DNA of 55,897 bases. Origin: Octopus bimaculoides (taxonomy: Eukaryota). The DNA is taken from assembly GCF_001194135.2 (NCBI RefSeq), contig NC_068992.1, positions 54,197,225 to 54,253,121 on the forward strand, read 5' to 3'. The position numbers and the translations under genes are program-made. This document shows, piece by piece, positions 1-11,282 of this stretch (the stretch's first letter is position 1; every line of letters begins with the position of its first letter). A model generated the notes under the pieces. The model was not told where the DNA came from and did no database searches. It was given only the letters and a program-made list of their open reading frames with translations.

Positions 1-137
1 GAGGTGGCGGTTATAAAAAAAACACGGAAAGAAAAGTAACTTGAATTAAACTATCAATAGTTTTAAATGATTTTTGAAATGTTTTAACTCTTACCAGTAC
101 TGCTTCATTCACACACAAATACACACACACACACATG

Positions 138-167
<30 letters not shown>

Positions 168-168
<1 letters not shown>

Positions 169-330
169 GATGGGCTTCTTTCAGTTTCTGTCTACCAAAT
201 CCACTCACAAGGCTTTGGTTGGCCCAAGACTATAGCAAAAGACACTTGCTCAAGGTGCCACACAGTGGGACTGAACCCAGAACCATGTGGCTGGTAGCGA
301 GCTACTTACCACACAGCCAGTCCTGCGCCT
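168..330 (-). mobile_element. SINE-A (tRNA-derived), 5' half
   Basis: The reverse complement reads AGGCGCAGGACTGGCTGTGTGGTAAGTAGC...GGGTTCAGTCCCACTGTGTGGCACCTTGAGCAAGTGTC...GAAAGAAGCCCATC. It is co-linear with the full copy at 52829-53236. Confidence 0.9.
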
Positions 331-409
331 ATACATATATCTATCTATATATATGTGTGTGTGTGTGTGTGTGTTGTGTGTGTGTGTATGTATATATATA
401 TGTATATAT

Positions 410-572
410 ATGGGAGAATATACAAATAATAACAACAGACGAGGACAGGTGGTGTAAATAACAAAAGGATATATTAGTATGATGCTCGGGAATACGGAAA
501 GTCTTTGACGTTTCGAGCTACGCTCTTCAACAGAAAGAATACGGAGACAAGGAGAAAAACACGGAGAAAAAA
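410..572 (-). mobile_element. Penelope-like element terminal-repeat fragment carrying a hammerhead-like motif
   Basis: A non-SINE segment between two SINE-A copies. It contains the motif at 502-538 and runs into a (TA)n/(CA)n tract. The Penelope-like element (PLE) assignment rests only on the minimal-hammerhead architecture. Confidence 0.5.
502..538 (-). ncRNA. Minimal type I hammerhead ribozyme-like motif (variant core)
   Basis: The minus strand reads UCUUU-CUGUUGA-A-GAGC-GUA-GCUC-GAAAC-GUC-AAAGA. Helix I is UCUUU/AAAGA, helix II is GAGC/GCUC, and helix III is the self-complementary ACGU, followed by a GUC cleavage triplet. The core has U at position 6 instead of the canonical A. Confidence 0.6.
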
Positions 573-573
573 A

Positions 574-913
574 GTGCAGGTGTGGCTGTGTGGTAAGAAC
601 TTTGTTTCCCACCCACTTCTGGGTTCAGTCCCACTACATGGTACCATGGGCAAGTGTCTTCTACTATAGCCTTGGGCTGACCAAAGCCCTGCGAGTGGAT
701 TTAGTAGACAGAAACTAAAAGAAGTCCATCGAATATATAATTGTGTGTGTGTGTGTGTGTGTGTCTTTGTATCAGTGTTTTCCCCCACCACTGGTGTGGG
801 TGCATTTACATTCCTGTAACTTAGTGACTTGGCAAAAGAGACTGATAAAATAAGTACCAGGCTTACAAAAATAGTACTGGGGTTGATTCATTTGACTAAA
901 GACTGTTCAAAGG
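574..913 (+). mobile_element. SINE-A, near full length
   Basis: Head GTGCAGGTGTGGCTGTGTGGTAAG, central (TG)n tract, and 3' half AAAAGAGACTGATAAAATAAGTACCAGGC...GGGGTTGAT. Confidence 0.88.
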
Positions 914-1292
914 AGAGAGAGAGAGAGGGGGAGGGAGAGAAAGAGAGTAAGAGAGCTTAATAAACGTTAAAGAAAAGATTCTAGGGAAGTTTTTATATTG
1001 TCAGGATTGTGACAGAAACAAATACAAATAAGCACCATTCTGCAATGTGACACTAATACTACTACTACTACTACTACAACCACCAACAACACTGACACCA
1101 CCATTATTACTACTATACTTACTACTACTACTACTACTCACTTATATAAAAAGTATGTAGTCTGTGATATGAAGAGTAAGTGAATGTTAGTATTCTATCA
1201 GAGATATTTATATTTACAAAATGTAGCCATTTCGATAAGTATCTGCTGAAAATCTGCAATTTAAAAACACCTCATTCTCTTCTCTTCTTTCT

Positions 1293-1297
<5 letters not shown>

Positions 1298-1362
<65 letters not shown>

Positions 1363-1570
1363 CTTTATCCATCTGTCTGTTTATCTCAATTTTCTCTTCC
1401 CTCTATCACTACTTTTCTGTCATTCCCTCTTTCTTTCTCTTTCCTTCATCCCCTATTTTCTCATTTTCCCTTTTTCTCACATTTTCTCTTCTTCTCTCTC
1501 TCCTCTTTATCCTTCCACCATCTCTCCTATTTCTCTTCCCCTGCTTTCCTTTCTCTCTCTCTCTCTCTCT
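1298..1570. repeat. (CT)n microsatellite and polypyrimidine low-complexity tract
   Basis: Read directly from the sequence. Confidence 0.95.
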
Positions 1571-2101
1571 CTTTCATTGACCATTCAATTTACTAACAAA
1601 TTCAACAGCAGATGTCTGATCTACAGCTTCCTGCTCAGTGCTACATGTATACATGTATTCAATAGTCTACAGCACAGAAAAATGGACACTCACAAAGAGA
1701 GATAAACAAACAAACAAACAAACAAACAGAGTAAGGGAGGAGAATAAAGAGATGCCAGCCAACATACACTCAAGTTTGGGAACTTTTACCTCAGACACAG
1801 ACACACGACTTACGCTTAATATAATACGTACATATTTCAAAATTTTCTGTTTACAAGCTCAATCACTAAAACCACAAGGGAGATATGTATTCACTTGTAA
1901 ATAAAAAACACAGCTTATGAATAACTTTATAAATATGTAAACATGTTATAAATATAATATTTTACCCAGATGTCTATTTATTCCATTAAATTTTTGAAAA
2001 TTTGTGTTTAAGACAAGATGATAAATTCATTTCATTTCACTGTTCAACATTGTCTAGTACACCAGCACTAGAAACAATTACTAAAATGTATCATGTTAAT
2101 A

Positions 2102-2474
2102 GTGGAGGCGCAATGGCCTAGTGGTTAGGGCAGCAGACTCGCAGTCATAGGATCGCAATTTCGATTCCCAGACCGGGTGTTCTGAGTGTTTATTGAGCTA
2201 AAACACCTACAGCTCCATGAGGCTCCGGTATGGGTTGGTGGCAAACCCTGCTGTACTCTTTCACCACAACTTTCTCTCACTCTTACTTCTTGTTTCTGTT
2301 GTGCCTGTATTTCAAAGGGTCAGCCTTGTCACGCTGAATATCCCTGAGAACTACGTTAAGGGTACCCGTGTCTGTGGATTGCTCAGCCACTTGCACGTTA
2401 ATTTCACGAGCAGGCTGTTCCACTGATCGGATCAACTGGAACTCTCGATATTGTAAGCGACGGAGTGCCAACAA
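2102..2474 (+). mobile_element. SINE-B, full length, tRNA(Arg)-like head, 12-bp target-site duplication
   Basis: A box TGGCCTAGTGG, anticodon-arm-like GACTCGCAGTC, and degenerate B box TTTCGATTCCC. It is flanked by ATCATGTTAATA (2090-2101) and ATCACGTTAATA (2475-2486), which differ at one position. Confidence 0.9.
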
Positions 2475-2487
2475 ATCACGTTAATAC

Positions 2488-2660
2488 AAGGCTGTGTGGT
2501 TAAGAAGTTTGCTTCCTAGCCATTTGGTTTTTGGTTCAGTCCTACAGCTTCATACCTTGGTCAAGTGTTTCTCTTTTTACAATAGCCAAGGGTCAATCAA
2601 TATCTTTTCATTGGGTTTGGTAAATATCTTATCATTGGGTTTGGTGAAAGAAGCCTATTG
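2488..2660 (+). mobile_element. SINE-A 5' fragment, diverged
   Basis: AGGCTGTGTGGTTAAGAAGTTTGCTTCC...GGTTCAGTCC...CCTTGGTCAAGTGTTT. Confidence 0.7.
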
Positions 2661-2999
2661 TATATTTCTTTCTTTATTGCCCACCACTGCTACAGGACAC
2701 TTAATGGGTCATGGGTTCCGGCTAAAAGATTAAATATTTATATAAAAGAAAAAATTGATATAAAAGATAAAAATGCTAGCTAAAAGAAAAAATATTAGTC
2801 CCACCTGACTAAAAGATTTAAGACAAAAAAAAAGCAAAATTAATTTTCCTGAACTTTTAACTAAATGTACTTAATGAATTTTAATGAACTTTAAACTAAA
2901 GACTACAATTCCATTATCAAAGATCAATCAAATATCAATACAATATAGTTGTCAGTATTTCACTTTATCATAGACTTTCATAGTTCTATAATGTTATGA

Positions 3000-3172
3000 T
3001 AGAAAAGCAGACCAGATGATGATTGCAAACACTATGATGAAAATTCAGAGTAAAAAAATTAAGCAAAAATTCAAGACAAAAGAGAGTAGCATTTGGTATG
3101 AACACTTTTTGAATACTTTTGGCATCGTCATTGTTGTTATTGTTGGTATTGTTGTTGTTGTTATCACTGTCT

Positions 3173-3207
<35 letters not shown>

Positions 3208-3800
3208 TACCATCAACAATCAGCTTTCCTTCAGAATCATCATATCACCATTGTTGTCTCTTCATCTTCCTCCTCCTCATCTTCCTCCCCCTCATCGTCT
3301 TCCTCCCCATCGTCTTCTTCCACTTCATCTTCCTCCTCTTTGCCTTCCTCATTTTCCCTTCTCGTCTTCCGCCTCCTCCTCCTATCTTCAACCTCCTAAC
3401 CTCTCTCCACTTTTTCATTTCGTCATCATTTCATACCATACCTTCACAACTGCCTTCACCATCACAACCACCACCACCCTCTTCCCCATCCCTAATATCC
3501 TCTGGTATCTCTTTTTTTTTCATCTTTTTTATAACTTTTTTCTTAAGTATCTTATTTCTCATCTTTGTCCATCATCTGTTGTCCAACCAAGTATCCAAAG
3601 TCAGGTTTCTGTTCTTCTTTCATTGTCTCTCATTCTCTGTTTATCTATCAACCTACCTACATGACAGTTTGTCTGTCTATCAATCTGTCTGTCTGTCTGT
3701 CTATCTATTTATCTGTCTCTCTGTCTATCTATCTATTTATATGTCTTTTTGTCTGTCAATCTATCTCTCTGCCGGTCTATCATGCATGTGTATATGTTTG
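3000..3800. repeat. Mixed (CAT)n, (TCC/TCT)n and (TCTA/TCTG)n low-complexity block
   Basis: Read directly from the sequence. It accounts for the poly-His, poly-Ser and poly-Ile ORFs in the track. Confidence 0.9.
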
Positions 3801-3998
3801 CGTGTCTGTGTTTGTCTCCCCAACATCGCTTGACAACCGATGCTGGTGTGTTTACGTCCCCGTAACTTAGTGGTTCGGCAAAAGAGACCGATAGAATAAG
3901 TACTAGGCTTACAAAGAATAAGTCCTGGAGTCGATTTGCTCAACTAAAGGCGGTGCTCCAGCATGGCCGCATTCAAATGACTGAAACAAGTAAAAGAG
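3800..3998 (+). mobile_element. SINE-A 3' half
   Basis: GTTTGTCTCCCCAACATCGCTTGACAACCGATGCTGG...GACTGAAACAAGTAAAAGAG, near-identical to 53035-53227. Confidence 0.92.
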
Positions 3999-3999
3999 A

Positions 4000-4042
<43 letters not shown>

Positions 4043-4709
4043 TACAGTTAAGTATATGTATATATATATATTTAGAGAGAGAGAGAGAGATGGAAGGAGG
4101 GAGACATTGACAAAGACAGACAGACAGAAAAACGCTTATGTATATACATGTATACATATATAAACTACAACTATATATTTTAGTGATAAAAAAATGCCAT
4201 GAAAGGAAGCAAAATTTTCAGAAAACGTTATGTAAATATAGAAAAAATGTGAAAAAAAGGGAGAAAAATTGTCCAATTCTTCCGACATTTATAGAGATAG
4301 ACCATAATTCATCTTCCAATAAAAGTGAATTCTTCATTTATAGACCAAAATCAATATACTAATTCTATTCCATGACATTCTGAAATGGACCCCGGATTCA
4401 TTAGTTACACATGAAAGACACTCTGTTACATAGTTTAGTGGGTCACAGAATTTTGTGTGTCTGTATCTGCACATAATTTCTGTATATATGCATGTATGTG
4501 TGTATGTGTGTTTCTATAGATGCATGTTTGTTCTGTGTATATATATGTATAGATGTATGCGTGTGCATATGTCTATGGTATATGTTTGTTTTCCTCTATG
4601 TGTTTAGTATTGACATAGTTTTTACTCTGAACAAAAACAATACCGGAGCACTTAACTTAAATGGATTGTTATTGGTCTCTGTTTTTCTGCTTCCATCATC
4701 TGGTTACAG

Positions 4710-4766
4710 GTTAATGCAGGAAGCGCAAGGGATGGCTGGAGATGGTTTAAGTCTGGATCACCAGAG
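4710..4766 (+). CDS. Weak candidate 57-nt internal exon
   Basis: Acceptor TTTTTCTGCTTCCATCATCTGGTTACAG| and donor GAG|GTATCC (weak). The segment is GC-richer than its flanks. Two frames are open: VNAGSARDGWRWFKSGSPE and LMQEAQGMAGDGLSLDHQ. Confidence 0.2.
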
Positions 4767-4959
4767 GTATCCATTGAAAACTGTTGGTGACCCTGTAGAG
4801 AAAAGAAAGGCCACTCCCACATTTCATCATCATCGTCATCGTCATCATCATAATCATCATAATCATCATTCTCATCATCATCTACTTTTCCATGCTTGCA
4901 TCAGTCAGTTGGATCTTGTTGAGACAGACATTCTATGGTTGGATGTTATTTATAATAAA

Positions 4960-5295
4960 AAGGTAAAGACCTCGTTCGATCATGAATGACCATGGGATTG
5001 CACCTAGAAAGTTACCCTCTGAGGCGCAAGTCCAGGCAAGGTTGTTTATGTAAGACCAGCAGTTGCCCATGCATACCAACTTTTCCTCTCCATGCCACCG
5101 GTGTTATCCAAAGGAAAGGCAAAGGTCAATACAGCTTGGCACCAGTGACATTGCAAATCATTTCTACATCTGAGTGAACTGGAGCAACGTGAAGTAAAGT
5201 GTCTTACTCAAGGACACAACACACAGCCCAGTTGGGGAATTGAACTCACTACCTCATGATTATGAGCCTGATGCTCTAACCACTCAGCATATAGA
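4960..5295 (-). mobile_element. SINE-F (same head as SINE-C, different body)
   Basis: The minus-strand head has GCTGAGTGGTTAGAGCATCAGGC...GAGTTCAATTCCC...GTGTCCTTGAGTAAGACACTTTAC. The body matches 52029-52300. Confidence 0.85.
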
Positions 5296-5399
5296 TGCAT
5301 CCTTTTCACTTGTAATTGTTTCTGGTTTATGTAGAACCGCAGTGCATTACTGGTACTATATTTGATAGACCACATAAAAAGCACCATCCAAATGTAGCC

Positions 5400-5722
5400 G
5401 ATGGAATTTGAACTCTGGCTAATTTGAACTAAAGCTAATACCACTAGACATTTTTCTGATCCTCTAACAACTCTGCCAGTTTGCTAACATCAGGAAAATA
5501 AGAGTTTCTAATTCAAGCACAAAAGCTTATAATCTCAAGGGGCGGGGAACCTAATCAGTACCGTCAACCACAATACTTGTCTGATACTTGATTTTTATCA
5601 AACCCAGCGAGATGAAAAGCAAAGCTGACCTTAAATGAGAATTGAACTTAGAACATAAAGAGCTGGAACAAATACTGCCAGGCATTTGTTCTGACGATTT
5701 TAATGTTTCTGCCAATCCACTA
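5400..5722 (-). mobile_element. Two diverged SINE-D-like fragments
   Basis: GGAATTTGAACTC...CTCTGCCAGTTTGC and GATGAAAAGCAAAGCTGACC...TTGAACTTAGAAC...TTCTGCCAATCCAC resemble the reverse complement of the SINE-D copies near 30.3 kb. Confidence 0.6.
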
Positions 5723-5744
5723 CTCTTGGGACAACAACAACAAC

Positions 5745-5782
<38 letters not shown>

Positions 5783-6867
5783 TAATAATTCTTTGAATGG
5801 TGAAAGAGGAATCATGAGACAGTGATGACAACAATGATGATGATGATGATGATGATGAAGGCAGTATCGTTTGGTGGTGGTGGTGGTGAGAAAGATGGTG
5901 GCGATGATAAGATTAGAAAACTTCAGTTTTATATATTAAATAATGGAACCGATCAATATTGATGGTTCCAATTGATCAATGGATGACCTCCAGCATAACA
6001 ACTAACCCTACCCACCCCTACACACACACACACACACACACACATACATACATACACACTTCTTTCTTTTTCTGTGTCTATCTAAGTGTGAATGTATGCA
6101 GTTGAGTGAGTGTATATATGGTTTGTGTGTTTGTGTGTTGTGTGTGTGTGTCAGTATGTGTGTTTGGGTGAGTGTGTAAGTTGCATTATATTAGTATATA
6201 AATATATAAATATATATATATATATATATANNNNNNNNNNNNNNNNNNNNNNNNNNNNNNNNNNNNNNNNNNNNNNNNNNNNNNNNNNNNNNNNNNNNNN
6301 NNNNNNNNNNNNNNNNNNNNNNNNNNNNNNNNNNNNNNNNNNNNNNNNNNNNNNNNNNNNNNNNNNNNNNNNNNNNNNNNNNNNNNNNNNNNNNNNNNNN
6401 NNNNNNNNNNNNNNNNNNNNNNNNNNNNNNNNNNNNNNNNNNNNNNNNNNNNNNNNNNNNNNNNNNNNNNNNNNNNNGTGTGCGTGTGTTTTTGTGTCTA
6501 TATATGCATATGATATATATATGCATACACACACATATATATATATATATATACGTATATATATATAATGTAAATGTATGCATATATCTGTGTATGTGTA
6601 CATATAAGTATATATTCATATATATATGTGTGTATATATGTATGAATGTATGTATGTATGTATTTACGTATCTAACTATGCATGTATGTCAGCACGTGTG
6701 TATATATACATAGGTGTGTGTGTATGTGGATGTGTTTGTTTGTATGTATATGTATGTATGTATGTACATATATATTCATATATATAGTGAAAGAGAGTTG
6801 AGAGAGCTTTATGTACACACACACATATGTGTGTGTTTGTACGTGTATATGTGTATGTCTGCTTGTG

Positions 6868-6898
<31 letters not shown>

Positions 6899-7385
6899 AT
6901 AAACATGTCTCTAAGTTTACTTATTATATTGACACTATTTTCTTTTATTGTTATTTTATTCATTTTTTTTTTTGTTTTTGCTGCTACTACTACTACAATT
7001 CTTCTTCTTCTTCTTCTTCCTCTTTCTGCTGCTGCTGCTGCTGTTTTCATACTATCATTTCATTATAAACAAAATGACATACAAGACATCAATTTTTGAT
7101 AAGTTATCAATGAATTTTCTCAAAATAACCGACCAATGAAAGAAAGGCATATATTTTTAGATTCCTGCATCAATACATACCACCGTAACATTTTCATCTA
7201 ATTAGCCTCTTTGGCCTTGTGATATTACAACAATTTTTATTATTGCTGACCTCTTTAATTATTGTCATAAATCTCTCTCCACTGTCTTGCTTGTGTTGTT
7301 GTTGCTTTTGTTGCTGTTTTTGTGTATGTGTGCATCAGTGGGTGCATGAATGTGTACATCTGTGTGCTTATGTAAGAATAGAAAT

Positions 7386-8135
7386 GTGTGTGTGTATGTA
7401 TGTGTGTGTGTGTGTGTGTGCATGTATGCGTATAAGTGTATATGTTTGTATACATGAGTGCACAAGTATGTATGTATGTGTATATATAGGTATATATATG
7501 TGTGTGTCTGTGTATGTATAATGTGTGTACACATGTAAATATGCATGTATATATACGTGCACATACACATAAATACAAATATTTATGTATACATGTGTGT
7601 GTGTGTATATATATAAATATAGGGAGAAATAGTTGGAGAGATGTCTATACACACACATATCTCAATATATATATACATATATGTGTGTGTGTGTGTGTGG
7701 AAGTGTGTATGTGTGGATGCGTGTGTATTGAAGTATTGAAATATAGACATATCAANNNNNNNNNNGTGTGTGTGTATGTATGTGTGTGTGTGTGTGTGTG
7801 CATGTATGCGTATAAGTGTATATGTTTGTATACATGAGTGCACAAGTATGTATGTATGTGTATATATAGGTATATATATGTGTGTGTCTGTGTATGTATA
7901 ATGTGTGTACACATGTAAATATGCATGTATATATACGTGCACATACACATAAATACAAATATTTATGTATACATGTGTGTGTGTGTATATATATAAATAT
8001 AGGGAGAAATAGTTGGAGAGATGTCTATACACACACATATCTCAATATATATATACATATATGTGTGTGTGTGTGTGTGGAAGTGTGTATGTGTGGATGC
8101 GTGTGTATTGAAGTATTGAAATATAGACATATCAA
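7386..8135. other. 370-bp exact duplication across a 10-N gap (probable assembly artefact)
   Basis: 7386-7755 is repeated at 7766-8135, and the gap lies at 7756-7765. Confidence 0.85.
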
Positions 8136-8144
8136 TATATATAT

Positions 8145-8175
<31 letters not shown>

Positions 8176-8452
8176 GAAGATATACACGCATATCTTACAT
8201 ATCTAAATATACATATATATTATATATGTTTATATATATAACTGTGTGTATATATAAATTATATTATATGCGTATTTATATATATACATATATGTATACG
8301 TGTATATATATAAAATCTACTTCATATCTTTCTCCTTCTCCAATCTAGTCAACTCCTACCCTTACCTTCCACCGACCCTTCTCTCTATTGTTGTTTGTTG
8401 TTGTAAGATCAATCCCCCAATATCTTGTTTAGTTTAATTAACATTGACTTAC

Positions 8453-8510
8453 ACATCGATGCCAACAAGGCACAAAATGGATTTTTGTTTTCAAGAATTG
8501 AGAGAATTTG
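8453..8510 (-). CDS. Weak candidate 58-nt internal exon
   Basis: The minus strand has TTCATTTATTTATAG| ... ATCGATGT|GTAAGT. Two frames are open: QILSILENKNPFCALLASM and KFSQFLKTKIHFVPCWHRC. Confidence 0.25.
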
Positions 8511-8611
8511 CTATAAATAAATGAATTCATAATATGACTTTGGCCATAAGTGTAATCGTATATATCTATGTATCTATCTATCTATTTAACTATATATAAA
8601 TATATACATAT

Positions 8612-8666
<55 letters not shown>

Positions 8667-8933
8667 NNNNNNNNNNNNNNNNNNNNNNNNNNNNNNNNNN
8701 NNNNNNNNNNNNNNNNNNNNNNNNNNNNNNNNNNNNNNNNNNNNNNNNNNNNNNNNNNNNNNNNNNNNNNNNNNNNNNNNNNNNNNNNNNNNNNNNNNNN
8801 NNNNNNNNNNNNNNNNNNNNNNNNNNNNNNNNNNNNNNNTACATATATATATATATGTATATATGCATGCGTATATATGTAGGTATGTATATATATATAT
8901 GTGTGTGTATGTGTATATGTATATTCATATCTA

Positions 8934-8982
<49 letters not shown>

Positions 8983-9519
8983 AATTTATTTATTTATAGC
9001 AAATATATATATATTTATGTAGATATAGATAAAGATATGTTCATAGATATATATATATTTGTACGTGTACATACACACTCATAAAAATATGCGTGCACAC
9101 CCACACACACATGCACACACACACACGCATATATATTAATATTAATATAAATATTTATATTAATCAATACACAAGAGAAAACATAAACAGTCTTTCGGGG
9201 GTAACAGACTGTGTTATCGTCCGTTAGAGAATATAGTTGATGTTATGAAAGTTATTTCGTTTATGATACATTGAATTTAACATCCTAAAAATCATTGAAC
9301 AGTAGTAAAGTTAAGAGCAGCGTGTTCAAATGCCTGGCAAGAACTTAGCTATTAAATTATTATGACAATAAAAATTCTTTAGAAAGCTAACATTACTAGA
9401 CTTCTTGTCTGTGGTTAGCACTCTTGTGACATATCTTTTATTGCTCTGTTACTGATTTTTCTTGTATATTTTGGTTTTATTTGCTTGCTTTTTTTCTTGG
9501 ACATTGAGCATAATGAAAA

Positions 9520-10590
9520 TAATGGCAATGTATTTATTATACTAAAGATATGTATCCTAATAGCAGGCAAATCACTGTAGTTTTCAGCTGAGATAGAATC
9601 TCTTATATATGTATCACGTTTAAGATCACAATGATTATTGGAGATAGCCAAAAGATCATCCTCGCAGTATTTAATGCAAATGCCAGGTGCATTTCAGCCT
9701 GTTCAATGACATGTAGTTGCAACCACATGCCAAAACATAATCTATTGCCTGCAATATATGAAACACTGAATGATACATTCACCAATATTACAAACAGTTC
9801 CTGGGCTGCCTAAAAATTTAGTATATGCAATTTAAGCAGCATTAAATTAAAATAGCCACCTAGGTATCATACTCAACGTATATGCACTGTTGACAGGCAA
9901 GTTACATGGAGTTTCATCCTAAATAAAATCTCCTAAGGATATGCTGTGTTTTAAAAAATAAAATATATATCAAAGTGAGAGTGAAAAATTTCTTGCTAGT
10001 GACCAGCAACCAGTATGAATGCCAGATGTAATTCAGCTTTGTTAGGCCTTGTCAAAGACATGTGCCCACAGCCACATGCCTAGATAAAATCTGTCCCTTC
10101 TCAAATAAGAAAGAGTAAAAAATATATTCACTGATATTACAAATAGCTAGTGGGCATCATAAAAATCTAGTATTTGCAATAGAAGCAGTATTAATTAAAA
10201 TAGCCACCTATGTATCATATTTAATGTATACACGCAGCTGACAGGCATGTTAAATGGGGTTTCATCCAAGATAAATTTCTTAAGGAAGTGCTGTGTTTCA
10301 AAAGAACACACTATATATATAAAAGAGAGATGAAAAATATGATCCTCTCCTTGGCCAGATGCAATGCACCCTTGTTGGGCCTAGTCTACTCACAGCCACA
10401 TGCCTAGATATAATCTGTCACCTCTGATATAAGAAATAGTAAAAAATACATTCACTGATATTGCAAATATCTGGTGGGTTGCATAAAAATGGAGTATATG
10501 CAACTGAAGTGGTATTAAATTAAGATACCTACCTATGTATCATATTTAATGTATATACACAACTGACAGGGAAATTAATGTGGCTTTTTT
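9520..10590. repeat. Old tandem repeat, about 3.2 copies of a 325-350 bp unit
   Basis: Anchor CAGG(CA) recurs at 9564, 9894, 10242 and 10567; CCACATGCC at 9723, 10072 and 10396; ATAGCCACCT at 9852 and 10200, with a degenerate copy near 10523. Confidence 0.85.
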
Positions 10591-11233
10591 TTTGTCTGCG
10601 ATAAAATATGTTTTGGGTATGTTGTGTTTTGACCATCATTCACTTTGTAGTTAATGTGTTCTAAATGAAAAGTTTTGTCACTGAGCTTCAGTTAAGGATT
10701 TGATTGGCTTTTAGTTCAATAAAAAGTTTTTTTTTCTTTTTTGATTTTTTGTAAAGTTTGTGTTAAGAGTGGCCTTGATCAGTTAAGATTGGCCAGGCTG
10801 AGAGAAATGCATGTATGTACCTATGTATTTTTTAAAATCCAAAAAGAGCAGAACTTATCTGCAGCTCTTGGTGGTCCAAATCGGAGGTGCAATCTATGTG
10901 GGGGGTCTTTTCAGAACATTGTCTGGTTTAAAAAACCACATCAGATGCCACGATGGTTCTAAGGTGTAGGTACAGGAGGTGGTCAAACTCTGCATAAAAA
11001 GTAGACAACCACCATGTATGTGTGTATGTACATACATGCACAAGCATGTGCATGTGTATATTTGTATGTATTTAGGTATCAGTGACTTTCTCTCTGATAT
11101 TCATTTGTTGTAATATATAGGGGAAAGAGAGACTAAATGACTGCATAACTTTTATGGATTATGGGAGAAAGTGAGCATTGACTATGGAAGAATAAAGAAG
11201 AGTTTGTGATGGAAAATGATGATAAGTAAATAC

Positions 11234-11282
11234 CTTGATAGAAGGTTTTAGCATGGTTACTTTCGGCGGGGCAAGGTTCAAT
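11234..11282 (-). CDS. Candidate 49-nt internal exon
   Basis: The minus strand has GTAGTTCTCCCTCAG| ATTGAACC...CTATCAAG |GTATTT. It is a GC/CpG-richer island in AT-rich DNA. Two frames are open: IEPCPAESNHAKTFYQ(G) and LNLAPPKVTMLKPSIK. Confidence 0.35.

Noticed and set aside
2102-2175. tRNA-like heads (also 28696-28780 and 30778-30845) read as real tRNA genes
   Set aside because: They lack a closable acceptor stem, have decayed B boxes, and run directly into multi-copy SINE bodies.
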